Below, in pieces: positions 30,860 through 39,651 of a stretch of DNA of 64,000 nucleotides. This stretch comes from Paracoccaceae bacterium (lineage in GTDB: Bacteria > Pseudomonadota > Alphaproteobacteria > Rhodobacterales > Rhodobacteraceae), in NCBI GenBank assembly GCA_024639125.1, contig JAHEJA010000015.1, positions 33,033 to 97,032 on the forward strand, written 5' to 3'. Below the pieces are notes generated by a model. It saw only the letters and a list, made by a program, of their open reading frames with translations, did not search any database and had not been told where the DNA came from. Each line of letters opens with the position of its first letter. The stretch's first letter is position 1. The position numbers and the translations under genes were made by a program.

Positions 30860-31252
30860 ATGACCTTGATGACTGTATTGGCTGCGGCGGCCGCGAGCTT
30901 TGTGTTTGGTGCGTTTTGGTATATGACGCTGTCTAAACCGTGGATCAAAGCCGCAAATATCAAATGTGACGAAAATGGAAGGCCCGAAGGCGGCAGCGCT
31001 GTGCCATTTGCATTGTCCGCTGTTGCAATGCTGGTGGTTGCCGGCATGATGCGTCATATTTTCCAAATGGGTGAAATCGATACAATCGCCAAAGGGTTCA
31101 CAAGCGGGCTTGGGATCGGGCTATTCTTTATTTCGCCATGGGTTATGATTAACAATGCCTATGGCATGCGTCCTTTTAAGCTTACCCTAATAGACGGCGG
31201 CTATTCGACATTCGGCTGTGCAATTATGGGAATTGTGCTGACTGCCTTTTGA
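30860..31252 (+). CDS. Small membrane protein (DUF1761-like)
   Basis: Four predicted TM helices. The start at MTLMTVLAAA is preferred. Weak family assignment. Confidence 0.45.
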   Translation: MTLMTVLAAAAASFVFGAFWYMTLSKPWIKAANIKCDENGRPEGGSAVPFALSAVAMLVVAGMMRHIFQMGEIDTIAKGFTSGLGIGLFFISPWVMINNAYGMRPFKLTLIDGGYSTFGCAIMGIVLTAF

Positions 31253-31254
31253 CA

Positions 31255-31287
31255 AAAGCCGCCCCAAATAGGGCGGCTTTCATTTTT
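31255..31287. terminator. Bidirectional rho-independent terminator between convergent genes
   Basis: AAAGCCGCCCcaaataGGGCGGCTTT is a perfect 10-bp stem followed by CATTTTTG. Confidence 0.6.
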
Positions 31288-31294
31288 GCAAATC

Positions 31295-32707
31295 CTATTC
31301 AAGCGATCGGTCGTATTCCAACCGTTTCGCGTATTCCATAGTTAGCAATTGTTCCAACAGCCGCGCTTCGGAATCGCTTCCTGTTGGCGTGCCATCACCA
31401 GAGGCACCAAACACGTACTGCGGAACATTCCGTTTCGCATAGGCCTCGGCCCAAACTCGTTGAATAGCAAGTTCAACATCCAGCTTTTGTGCCAAAGCAT
31501 TGTCAGCCTCTAGCACAGCAGCTTTGGCATAGGCTTCTGCTTCAGCGGCAACTTTGACCGATTGCGCATCAATTTCGGCCTTTTCCAGCAAAATAGATGA
31601 TCTATCGCGGTCAATTTCGGCTTGTTCTTTTAACTTGCGCGCAGCCGTAATCGCCAATTGCTTTTCGGTTTCAGCATTGGTCGTGCGTTCAATCTGAAGC
31701 ACTTTGGCTTGCGCTTGCCGCTCTGCCACTTCGCGTTCGCCTTTGGCGATTGCAAGCAAACGCTGCTCTTCTTCTTGGATGCGTTGTTCACGTGCAATGG
31801 CGCGATCCGCCGCTGCTTGCTGACGCAAACGCATCCGCTTTTTGAACTCTTCGTTCGGATCAACGCCTGTTATCCGCGCTGACGTTACAGAAATCCCGAA
31901 TTTGGTAAAGCTTTGCTCCTTGCGCTGTGGTTGACCGTTTTCATCAAGTGTTTTGCGCACAGTAAAAACGGTCTTAGTTTGATCCCCATAATCCTTTTGT
32001 TCCGTACCAAGTGACGCATTGGCTGTGGCATTCGTGCTTTCTTCCACCTGGACCCGCTCTTCTACCCGACGCACGATATAAATCCCGCTTTCCATTTGAC
32101 GCTGGAATTCATTGTTAAATTCCGTTTTGCCCCCTTGGAAATAATCTTCGGCTGACATCAAAGCAGCAGTGGCCCCCAAAGTTTCCTGAAAAGCCGGAAT
32201 AAGTTCGGTCCGCAATAGATTTTCGGGTGACCGATATAACCGCGCCATCTTGAGAAACCCCTCTTGGTCCGTAGGCAGCTCGTATCGCGCTGTTGCCGTG
32301 ACGGCGGCATCTACCTGATCCAAGAACACCAAAGATTGCGCAGGAAGGCTTGCGCTCATTAAATTATTGTTTGTCTCAGAAGAAAGGCGTTCGTCATATC
32401 CCCCTAATGACCCGATTGATTGCACCGACATCGCGTTCTTCCATGCGTTGACGTTCCCGAAGAGATAGGAATTATACCCCGTATCAGAGACCATTTTTTC
32501 CTGCCCAGTTATTGTTCGGACATGATATTTGAACCCCGGTTCAGCATAGAAAAATATGCCGTTGAACCCGGATATGAAAAAATATCCTCCGGCTAGGACA
32601 TAGCCAACGATTGAAAAATTTTTGGCTTGTTCAAATTTCTCGGGCAGTATCCGAACAGCCGACCAAATAACCAAGACCATGATAAATGCGATGGACATAC
32701 CAATCAT
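31295..32707 (-). CDS. SPFH/band-7 flotillin-like (YqiK-type) membrane protein
   Basis: N-terminal TM, SPFH core, then a long E/A/Q-rich coiled-coil (flotillin domain). The start is set at M19 (32707) because GGAGGA lies 6 nt upstream. Confidence 0.75.
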   Translation of the reverse strand: MIGMSIAFIMVLVIWSAVRILPEKFEQAKNFSIVGYVLAGGYFFISGFNGIFFYAEPGFKYHVRTITGQEKMVSDTGYNSYLFGNVNAWKNAMSVQSIGSLGGYDERLSSETNNNLMSASLPAQSLVFLDQVDAAVTATARYELPTDQEGFLKMARLYRSPENLLRTELIPAFQETLGATAALMSAEDYFQGGKTEFNNEFQRQMESGIYIVRRVEERVQVEESTNATANASLGTEQKDYGDQTKTVFTVRKTLDENGQPQRKEQSFTKFGISVTSARITGVDPNEEFKKRMRLRQQAAADRAIAREQRIQEEEQRLLAIAKGEREVAERQAQAKVLQIERTTNAETEKQLAITAARKLKEQAEIDRDRSSILLEKAEIDAQSVKVAAEAEAYAKAAVLEADNALAQKLDVELAIQRVWAEAYAKRNVPQYVFGASGDGTPTGSDSEARLLEQLLTMEYAKRLEYDRSLE

Positions 32708-32782
32708 AAAAGATCCTCCAAATACAACTTTAATCTGTATTTTATTAGATAGGTACCGCATGATGATTTTAGAAGGTCATGT

Positions 32783-32799
32783 TTTCCATACTATGGAAA
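32783..32799. promoter_or_regulatory. 17-bp near-perfect palindrome TTTCCATA-C-TATGGAAA in the divergent SPFH/photolyase promoter region
   Basis: 8-bp perfect arms, ~110 bp upstream of the photolyase operon start (32907) and ~75 bp upstream of the SPFH start. Confidence 0.4.
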
Positions 32800-32906
32800 T
32801 ACGTCTATTTTCAAACCGTTACAAAATCGCATCGCAACAGCATTCGGGTTGATTTATGGCCTTTGAGCCCTAACTGCCTGTCGAGCAGAAATATTCGGAG
32901 CATGTC

Positions 32907-34394
32907 GTGCAGCTATTCTGGTTCAAACGCGATCTTCGTGTGTTTGATAACCGCGCCCTTTCACTGGCTGCGGCCCGTGGTCCTGTGCTTCCGATTTATG
33001 TTTTTGAACCTGAAATGTGGGCATGCCCCGATGCATCGGCACGGCATTTAACCTTTGTACACCAATGCTTGGGCGAATTGCATAATGACCTTGCACGTGC
33101 GGGTCAGCCATTGGTGACCCGATTTGGACCAATCCTCGATGTACTTGAAGATTTACGTCAAACCTATTCGATCCAATCGCTATGGTCCCATCAAGAAACG
33201 GGCAACGCATGGAGCTATGAACGTGACAAGCGCGTTGCCGCGTGGTGCCGTGACAATGCCATTCAATGGCACGACATTCAAAACCACGGCGTTGTCCGAC
33301 CCTTAAAATCCCGCAATGGCTGGGCCATGCAATGGGATCGGTTCATGGCTGAACCCACCACGCCAACGCCGATCCTAACCCCCATTACGGATGCCCCGTT
33401 CCTTTGCCCGAGCGCCCGTGATTTAACGATGACGCCCGACAACTGTTCACACGCACAGCAAGGCGGGCGACGCGCGGGCCAAGAACGGCTTGCATCATTC
33501 TTGGATCATCGCGGGCGCACCTATCGTAGCGCCATGTCGTCACCGCTAGATGGGGCCGCAGCCTGTTCGCGGATCTCGCCACATCTGGCCTGGGGCACAG
33601 TATCGTTGCGAGAAGTCACTCAAGCCACATGGTCCGCACAAATGCAGCCACGGTCCGTGCAATGGAAAGCATCATTAAAATCATTCAACAGTCGTCTACA
33701 TTGGCATTGCCACTTTATTCAAAAGCTAGAAGATGAACCAAGGCTTGAATGGGAAAACATGCATCCGGCCTATAATGGATTGCGCCCTGACCAAGCTGAT
33801 CCAATCAAGCTTGCTGCTTGGGCGAATGGTGAAACTGGCCTCCCGTTTGTGGATGCCTGTATGCGCAGTTTACGCGCCACGGGGTGGTTAAACTTTCGGA
33901 TGCGCGCAATGGTTATGGCGGTCGCGAGCTATCATCTTTGGCTGGATTGGAAAGCAACGGGACATGTCCTAGCCAGATATTTCACCGATTACGAACCGGG
34001 CATCCACTGGAGCCAAGTTCAAATGCAATCGGGCACCACAGGCATAAACACAGTCCGCGTTTATAATCCGATCAAACAAGGCTATGACCAAGACCCCACC
34101 GGGGCCTTTACACGGACATGGGTTCCCGAGCTGGAACTGATTGATGATCTTTATTTACAAGAACCGTGGAAGGCGCCGAATGCGGCAACAATATTGGGTA
34201 AATCCTATCCAATGCCGATCGTCGATGTCACGCATGCCGCCCGAGAAGCCAAAGATCGCATTTGGGCCGTTCGCCGCACCGAAGGGTTTAGAGATGGGGC
34301 TGCAAAAGTTCTAAAAAAACATGCCAGCCGCAAACCAGCCACCAAACGCGCGCGCCCCAAAGCAGCGTCCAATCAATTAAGCTTACCCCTATGA
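32907..34394 (+). CDS. Cryptochrome/photolyase family protein, canonical domain order (photolyase or DASH-like)
   Basis: N-terminal alpha/beta domain (LFWFKRDLRVFDNRAL) and a C-terminal FAD-binding helical domain (GETGLPFVDACMRSLRATGWLNFRMR...VYNPIKQGYDQDP). GTG start at 32907 with GGAG 6 nt upstream. Confidence 0.85.
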   Translation: MQLFWFKRDLRVFDNRALSLAAARGPVLPIYVFEPEMWACPDASARHLTFVHQCLGELHNDLARAGQPLVTRFGPILDVLEDLRQTYSIQSLWSHQETGNAWSYERDKRVAAWCRDNAIQWHDIQNHGVVRPLKSRNGWAMQWDRFMAEPTTPTPILTPITDAPFLCPSARDLTMTPDNCSHAQQGGRRAGQERLASFLDHRGRTYRSAMSSPLDGAAACSRISPHLAWGTVSLREVTQATWSAQMQPRSVQWKASLKSFNSRLHWHCHFIQKLEDEPRLEWENMHPAYNGLRPDQADPIKLAAWANGETGLPFVDACMRSLRATGWLNFRMRAMVMAVASYHLWLDWKATGHVLARYFTDYEPGIHWSQVQMQSGTTGINTVRVYNPIKQGYDQDPTGAFTRTWVPELELIDDLYLQEPWKAPNAATILGKSYPMPIVDVTHAAREAKDRIWAVRRTEGFRDGAAKVLKKHASRKPATKRARPKAASNQLSLPL

Positions 34395-34525
34395 AAATGC
34401 GCAAGAAATCGGATCTTCCTACCAAAACCTGCGTTACCTGTGGACGTCCGTTCACGTGGCGCAAGAAATGGGCCAAGGTGTGGGACAGCGTGAAGTATTG
34501 TTCAGAAAAATGCAGGCGTACATAA
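34391..34525 (+). CDS. DUF2256 small zinc-ribbon protein (44 aa), missing from the ORF track
   Basis: MKMRKKSDLPTKTCVTCGRPFTWRKKWAKVWDSVKYCSEKCRRT has a CxxC...CxxxC signature typical of DUF2256. Its ATG overlaps the upstream stop (ATGA), and its TAA overlaps the next ATG (TAATG). Confidence 0.75.
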   Translation: MKMRKKSDLPTKTCVTCGRPFTWRKKWAKVWDSVKYCSEKCRRT

Positions 34526-35751
34526 TGCAAGATAATGATCTTTTGACCGACCTTCCGTTGGAAGCTGAAAACATTGATTTCACACCTACCCGCGCTGCGG
34601 GCCTTGCCCGATTGGACAAATTCGTCTCGCGGACGGGGCGGCATTATGCATCCCAACGTAACTATGATTTTGGGCCAAAATTTCGATCAAACGTTTCCGC
34701 ATTATCACCATGGATACGACACGGTCTCGTAAACGAATATGATGTGTTAGAGCGCGTTTTAGCCAAGCATTCACTATCAAGCGCCGAAAAATTCGTTCAA
34801 GAAGTCATGTGGCGGACGTATTTCAAAGGCTGGTTAGAACATCGCCCTACGGTTTGGGATCACTATAAACGTGACTTGGAACGCTTAAGCACAAACGTAA
34901 CTGATCCCAGTTACAGGCAGGCAATCAATGGTGAAACGGGAATAGAGTGTTTCGATCACTGGGCTCACGAATTGGTCCATACCGGCTATCTGCACAATCA
35001 TGCTCGCATGTGGTTTGCATCGATCTGGGTCTTTACTCTGCGATTGCCATGGCAGCTTGGCGCAGATTTTTTCATGCAACATTTGTTAGATGGTGATCCA
35101 GCATCCAACACTCTGAGTTGGCGCTGGGTGTCAGGATTACATACCCAAGGCAAAACCTATCTGGCCCGCGCAGAGAATATCGCCAAATTCACCAATGGTC
35201 GTTTTAACCCGATTGGACAGCTTGCGACAACGGCACATCCATTACTCGAAGAGGTGGATCACCCAAAAATATCACTGTCTCATATTAATACACCGATTAC
35301 GGAACCCTATATTCTTTTGCTTAGCGAAGACGACACTTACCCAAACATCGCACCAAATCCAGTTGACGTAGTTGCCGTTAACTGTTCCGCGTTGCGGTCC
35401 CCTCGCCCTCTAAATCCAGTCATTACCGAATTTGTGGACGCGGCGTTGCGACAAGGGCTAGATCACTTTCAATCCAATGACGATACACTCGCAACCCCAA
35501 ACACCGTGGTCGCGCAATTGGTGAAATCGGCACAAACCCAAGGAGTGCGCACAATCGTCACCCCCTATGCCACGACGGGTCCTGTTCGCGATGTTCTGAA
35601 AGATATATCACCCATGCTTCAAGATGCGGGATTGCGACTACAACAGGTTCAACGCACCTACGATCAACTTTGTTGGGCACATGCCTCCAAGGGATTTTTT
35701 GCTCTGAAAAAACAAATACCGCCTTTACTGAGTGCGTTGAAATTAGCCTAA
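34525..35751 (+). CDS. Photolyase-like protein with N-terminal FAD-binding domain and no N-terminal alpha/beta domain
   Basis: Residues ~15-230 match the photolyase FAD-binding domain (RNYDFGPKFRSNVSALSPWIRHGL; GETGIECFDHWAHELVHTGYLHNHARMWFASIW; SWRWVSG). The C-terminal ~180 aa weakly resemble a photolyase alpha/beta domain. The start is at M24 of the track ORF. Confidence 0.7.
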   Translation: MQDNDLLTDLPLEAENIDFTPTRAAGLARLDKFVSRTGRHYASQRNYDFGPKFRSNVSALSPWIRHGLVNEYDVLERVLAKHSLSSAEKFVQEVMWRTYFKGWLEHRPTVWDHYKRDLERLSTNVTDPSYRQAINGETGIECFDHWAHELVHTGYLHNHARMWFASIWVFTLRLPWQLGADFFMQHLLDGDPASNTLSWRWVSGLHTQGKTYLARAENIAKFTNGRFNPIGQLATTAHPLLEEVDHPKISLSHINTPITEPYILLLSEDDTYPNIAPNPVDVVAVNCSALRSPRPLNPVITEFVDAALRQGLDHFQSNDDTLATPNTVVAQLVKSAQTQGVRTIVTPYATTGPVRDVLKDISPMLQDAGLRLQQVQRTYDQLCWAHASKGFFALKKQIPPLLSALKLA

Positions 35752-37265
35752 AGCGACGCTAAAAATTTCTGTGCAGATATGCGGTATTCTGTCTTTTTAA
35801 CATCATCCATTTTGTCCCATGTCCGAAACACATGCGACAAACGCGGGTTTCCCCGAAGCTTGGCTTGGTTACGATCCAAAAAGTCCCAATACAGCGGATT
35901 AAACGGGCAAGCATTCTCGCCTGTTTTTTGTTTGACATCATATCGGCACCCGGAACAGTAATCCGACATTTTACTGATGTAATTACCGCTCGCAGCATAG
36001 GGCTTTGACCCTAAAATACCGCCATCCGCGAATTGGCTCATTCCAATTACATTGGGCGCTTCGACCCATTCATAGGCATCTGCATAAACGGCCAAATACC
36101 ATTCATGCACCTGAAATGGATCAACACCCGCAAGCATGGCAAAATTCCCTGTCACCATGAGCCGCTGGATGTGATGTGCATAGGCTTCATCGCGCGTTTG
36201 CTCGATCGCCGAGGCCATACATGCCATATCCGTCTGTGCATCCCAATAAAACAAAGGAAGATCCCGCGACGCATCCAGAAAATTTTGATCGGTGTAATCT
36301 GGCATCTTTAACCAATAAATACCGCGCACATATTCACGCCAACCAATAATTTGTCGAATATATCCTTCGACAGCATTCAAGGGCGCGGCGCCATCATAAT
36401 AGGCGCGCTCCACACGCGCGCAAACTTCGAGAGGCGTCAACAGACCGATATTGATATATTGCGCCAAGATCGAATGATACAGAAATGGCTCACCAGAAAG
36501 CATCGCATCCTGATAATCGCCAAAACCAGCCAATGCAGTTGACGCGAAATGTTCCAGCGCGACCAAGGCATCCTTGCGCGTGACGGCAAACCAAAACCCA
36601 TCTAACCGCCCAAAATTTTTGGCAAACTTTTCCTCGACAAGCTCAAGGACTTCTTGCGTGATTGGGTCAGGCTGAACTTTGACAGGGGACGGCATAAACA
36701 AATCGCCCTTGGCTGGCTTTCGGTTTTCCGCATCAAAATTCCACTGCCCCCCTTGGGGACCATCATCACACATCAAAAGCCCGGTTTTTCGCCGCATGTC
36801 ACGGTAAAAATATTCCATCCGCAATTGTTTGCGCCCGTCTGCCCAAGTTTGGAATTCTTGATGTGTCGCGATAAAACGATCATCATCCACCATCTGTATC
36901 GACAGATCACTCTCAAGCAAGGCGTGGTTCAAACGATACTCAGATGGCTCTGTCACAACAAGCTGCGTCACCCCCAGCATTTGCATCTGCCGTCTAGCTT
37001 CGCTGACTACATCGCCTGCATTCTGGGGGTCATCCAGCTTTGTGTACACAACGCGCCAACCGCTCTGCCGCAACTCTTGGGCAAAATGGCGCATTGCGGA
37101 AAACACAAATGCCAACTTCCGTTTATGATGCGCCACATACGTTGCTTCGCTTGCAACTTCTGCCATCAAGATAACATCAGTCGCCTTATCAGCTGTTTCT
37201 ATCGCGCTAATTTTGGGGTTCAACTGATCCCCTAAAATTAGAACTAACCGATTATGACCCGCCAT
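35748..37265 (-). CDS. FeS-BCP type cryptochrome/(6-4) photolyase (CryB/PhrB family)
   Basis: 505 aa with LVLILGDQL at the N-terminus and four conserved Cys in DYCSGCRYD...ENACPFNPLYW, the 4Fe-4S ligand pattern of PhrB/CryB. Convergent 4-nt overlap with the upstream operon. Confidence 0.85.
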   Translation of the reverse strand: MAGHNRLVLILGDQLNPKISAIETADKATDVILMAEVASEATYVAHHKRKLAFVFSAMRHFAQELRQSGWRVVYTKLDDPQNAGDVVSEARRQMQMLGVTQLVVTEPSEYRLNHALLESDLSIQMVDDDRFIATHQEFQTWADGRKQLRMEYFYRDMRRKTGLLMCDDGPQGGQWNFDAENRKPAKGDLFMPSPVKVQPDPITQEVLELVEEKFAKNFGRLDGFWFAVTRKDALVALEHFASTALAGFGDYQDAMLSGEPFLYHSILAQYINIGLLTPLEVCARVERAYYDGAAPLNAVEGYIRQIIGWREYVRGIYWLKMPDYTDQNFLDASRDLPLFYWDAQTDMACMASAIEQTRDEAYAHHIQRLMVTGNFAMLAGVDPFQVHEWYLAVYADAYEWVEAPNVIGMSQFADGGILGSKPYAASGNYISKMSDYCSGCRYDVKQKTGENACPFNPLYWDFLDRNQAKLRGNPRLSHVFRTWDKMDDVKKTEYRISAQKFLASL

Positions 37266-37326
37266 GCTGATGCTCCATTGTAAGGAAGCACAGCTAAATC
37301 ACCGCACTAGAAAAGCAAGCCCTCGC

Positions 37327-38151
37327 TTAGGAAAAGCCCAACCGCTTGGCCATGAATGCAATGGCCGCCAAATAGCCATCAACGCTCCCGCAATCAAATC
37401 GCTGGCCCGCCAAGGTCACAGCGTCGACATGCCCCTGCGCCGCTTGCGTATTGATCGCATCTGCCAGTTGAATTTCACCACCAGCCCCAACCGGCTGATC
37501 GCGTAAAATGGCAAACACATCAGGCGTCAATACATAGCGACCAATACTTGCCATATTCGAAGGCGCATCTTTTGCATCTGGCTTTTCCACCAAACCAGCA
37601 ACCCCGCCCGAAATTCGATCAGGATTAACAACGCCATATTTGGAAATATCCGGTCCGTTGACTTCCATAACACTTAGCTGCGTCTTGCCCGTCTTGTTAT
37701 AGGCCGCGACCAAATCCGCCGTTATGCCATCCCCGTCATAGGTCAAAAAATCATCCGCAAGCAAAACAGCAAAGGGGTCATCCCCCACAGCACGCTCAGC
37801 ACACAACACCGCATGACCTAATCCCAATTGCTCTGGCTGACGCACAAATATACATTCAACGCCCAAAGGCAGAATATTTCTAACACGCTCCGCTTGCTCA
37901 TCTTTGCCCTTGGCGCGCAAAGCCATTTCCAGCTCTTGATTGCTATCAAAATGGTCTTCGATAGCCCGTTTGTTCCGCCCCGTTACAAATATCAGAGTCT
38001 CAATTCCAGCAGCAATCGCTTCTTCTGCGGCGTATTGAATTAATGGCTTGTCAATGATTGGCAACAATTCTTTAGGCATTGCTTTGGTCGCAGGCAGGAA
38101 CCTTGTCCCAAAACCCGCTACTGGAAATACTGCTTTTTTGATTGGTTTCAT
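37327..38151 (-). CDS. galU: UTP--glucose-1-phosphate uridylyltransferase
   Basis: KAVFPVAGFGTRFLPATKAMPKELLPI signature. Confidence 0.9.
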   Translation of the reverse strand: MKPIKKAVFPVAGFGTRFLPATKAMPKELLPIIDKPLIQYAAEEAIAAGIETLIFVTGRNKRAIEDHFDSNQELEMALRAKGKDEQAERVRNILPLGVECIFVRQPEQLGLGHAVLCAERAVGDDPFAVLLADDFLTYDGDGITADLVAAYNKTGKTQLSVMEVNGPDISKYGVVNPDRISGGVAGLVEKPDAKDAPSNMASIGRYVLTPDVFAILRDQPVGAGGEIQLADAINTQAAQGHVDAVTLAGQRFDCGSVDGYLAAIAFMAKRLGFS

Positions 38152-38327
38152 AACAATAAGACTACATTAAAAACGTCATCTTCTGGCTAACACAATCTAT
38201 AGACACGTCCAAGCCCAAAGCAGATTACCTTTAAAACAATATCATTTTCACGTTTGTACAAATACTCAAATATATACCTCAACAATGAACGACACGGCCC
38301 AGAATTGAGCGTTATTATTTTAGCAAA

Positions 38328-39500
38328 TTAAGTCAAAATCTTCCCAAGCCGGTCCAATGCAGCTTCGATATTTTCTGCACTATTTGCATAGGAAAACCGA
38401 ACGTACCCTTCGCCCATTGACCCAAAGCTGGTGCCTGCAATTGTGGCAACACCTGCTTGATCTAAGAATAAATTTTGTGCTTCAATTGCGGTCAATCCGG
38501 TTCCAGAAATATTGGGAAATGCGTAAAATGCCCCTGCGGAATCCGTACATGTCACACCCGGAAGCGCATTCAAACCGGCGACAATAATTTTACGCCTTTG
38601 ATCGAAATGCGCCATCATATCGGCGACTGCATCTTGGGGTCCTTCTAGGGCTGCGATTCCGGCAAACTGCGTGGGTGCATTCACACATGAATGATCGTTA
38701 ATACACAACCGTGTCACATGCTCGACGGCACTTTCTGGCCAAACAGCATAGCCTAAACGCCATCCTGTCATCGCATAGGTTTTGGACCAACCATCCAACA
38801 TAATAAGCCGATCACGGATTTCGGGATACTGCAATAGACTCACGTGGTCTTGACCATCATAAAGCATTTGAGAATAAATCTCGTCTGACAAAATCGCAAC
38901 ATGGGGGTGCTGATCAAGCCCTGCGACTAACTTGTCGATTTCCGCTTTGGGCGTCACGCCACCCGTCGGATTGGCGGGGCTATTAATGATTATCAAACGC
39001 GTTTTAGGTGTAATTTTCGACAGGACTTCGTCCGCATTAAACGAAAATCCATTTTCTTCGCGTAATTCAATAGGAACCGGAGTGGCCCCAGAATAACGGA
39101 TCACGGATTCATAAATTGGGAAGCCCGGATTGGGGTACATGATTTCTGCCCCCGGTTCACCAAACATTGTGATCGCAAAGAACATTGTTGGCTTACCGCC
39201 TGGTACGACCACCACATGATCGGGATTCACGTCAACCCCGTGCCGTCGGTTCAAATCACGCGCCACCGCTGCACGCAATTGGGGCAATCCGTTGGCTGGC
39301 GTATATCCATGATGCCCATCTCGCATCGCTTTGATACCGGCCTCGACGATATGGTCCGGCGTTGCAAAATCAGGTTGACCAATGCCCAGATTGATGATGT
39401 CTTTGCCCTCTGACGCAAGCTTTTGCGCACGCGCCAACACGACGAAAGCGGACTCGGTTCCAAGTCGATATAGGTTCTGGGCAAATTGCAATTTAGACAT
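38328..39500 (-). CDS. Pyridoxal-phosphate-dependent aminotransferase, class I (aspartate/aromatic aminotransferase-like)
   Basis: INLGIGQPDF, GYTPANG, the SKT(Y) Lys motif region and a C-terminal fold. The start is set at MSKLQFAQ (39500); the track start at 39581 adds a Cys-rich, non-conserved leader. Confidence 0.85.
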   Translation of the reverse strand: MSKLQFAQNLYRLGTESAFVVLARAQKLASEGKDIINLGIGQPDFATPDHIVEAGIKAMRDGHHGYTPANGLPQLRAAVARDLNRRHGVDVNPDHVVVVPGGKPTMFFAITMFGEPGAEIMYPNPGFPIYESVIRYSGATPVPIELREENGFSFNADEVLSKITPKTRLIIINSPANPTGGVTPKAEIDKLVAGLDQHPHVAILSDEIYSQMLYDGQDHVSLLQYPEIRDRLIMLDGWSKTYAMTGWRLGYAVWPESAVEHVTRLCINDHSCVNAPTQFAGIAALEGPQDAVADMMAHFDQRRKIIVAGLNALPGVTCTDSAGAFYAFPNISGTGLTAIEAQNLFLDQAGVATIAGTSFGSMGEGYVRFSYANSAENIEAALDRLGKILT

Positions 39501-39551
39501 TCGATTTCCTCTCGGAGTAGCCGCCGAAGCAGTGCAGAAATTACAACAGAA

Positions 39552-39581
39552 TTGCAAGAATACTTGCAATAGATTTTGCAT
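39552..39581. promoter_or_regulatory. Three phased TTGCA(A/T) hexamers (12-bp spacing) upstream of the aminotransferase
   Basis: aTTGCAAgaatacTTGCAAtagattTTGCAt, 52-80 bp upstream of the start at 39500. Confidence 0.3.
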
Positions 39582-39651
39582 GATAAACTAGGTTAGACAT
39601 AATGACTGGACCCAACGCAGCCTTGTCAGGCTAAACACTTGAACCCTTAAT

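Noticed and set aside
36654-37235. 193-aa plus-strand ORF, and several 60-110-aa ORFs at 35779-36542.
   Set aside because: All are antisense to the FeS-BCP photolyase gene, whose 4-Cys cluster motif and N-terminal domain are clear.
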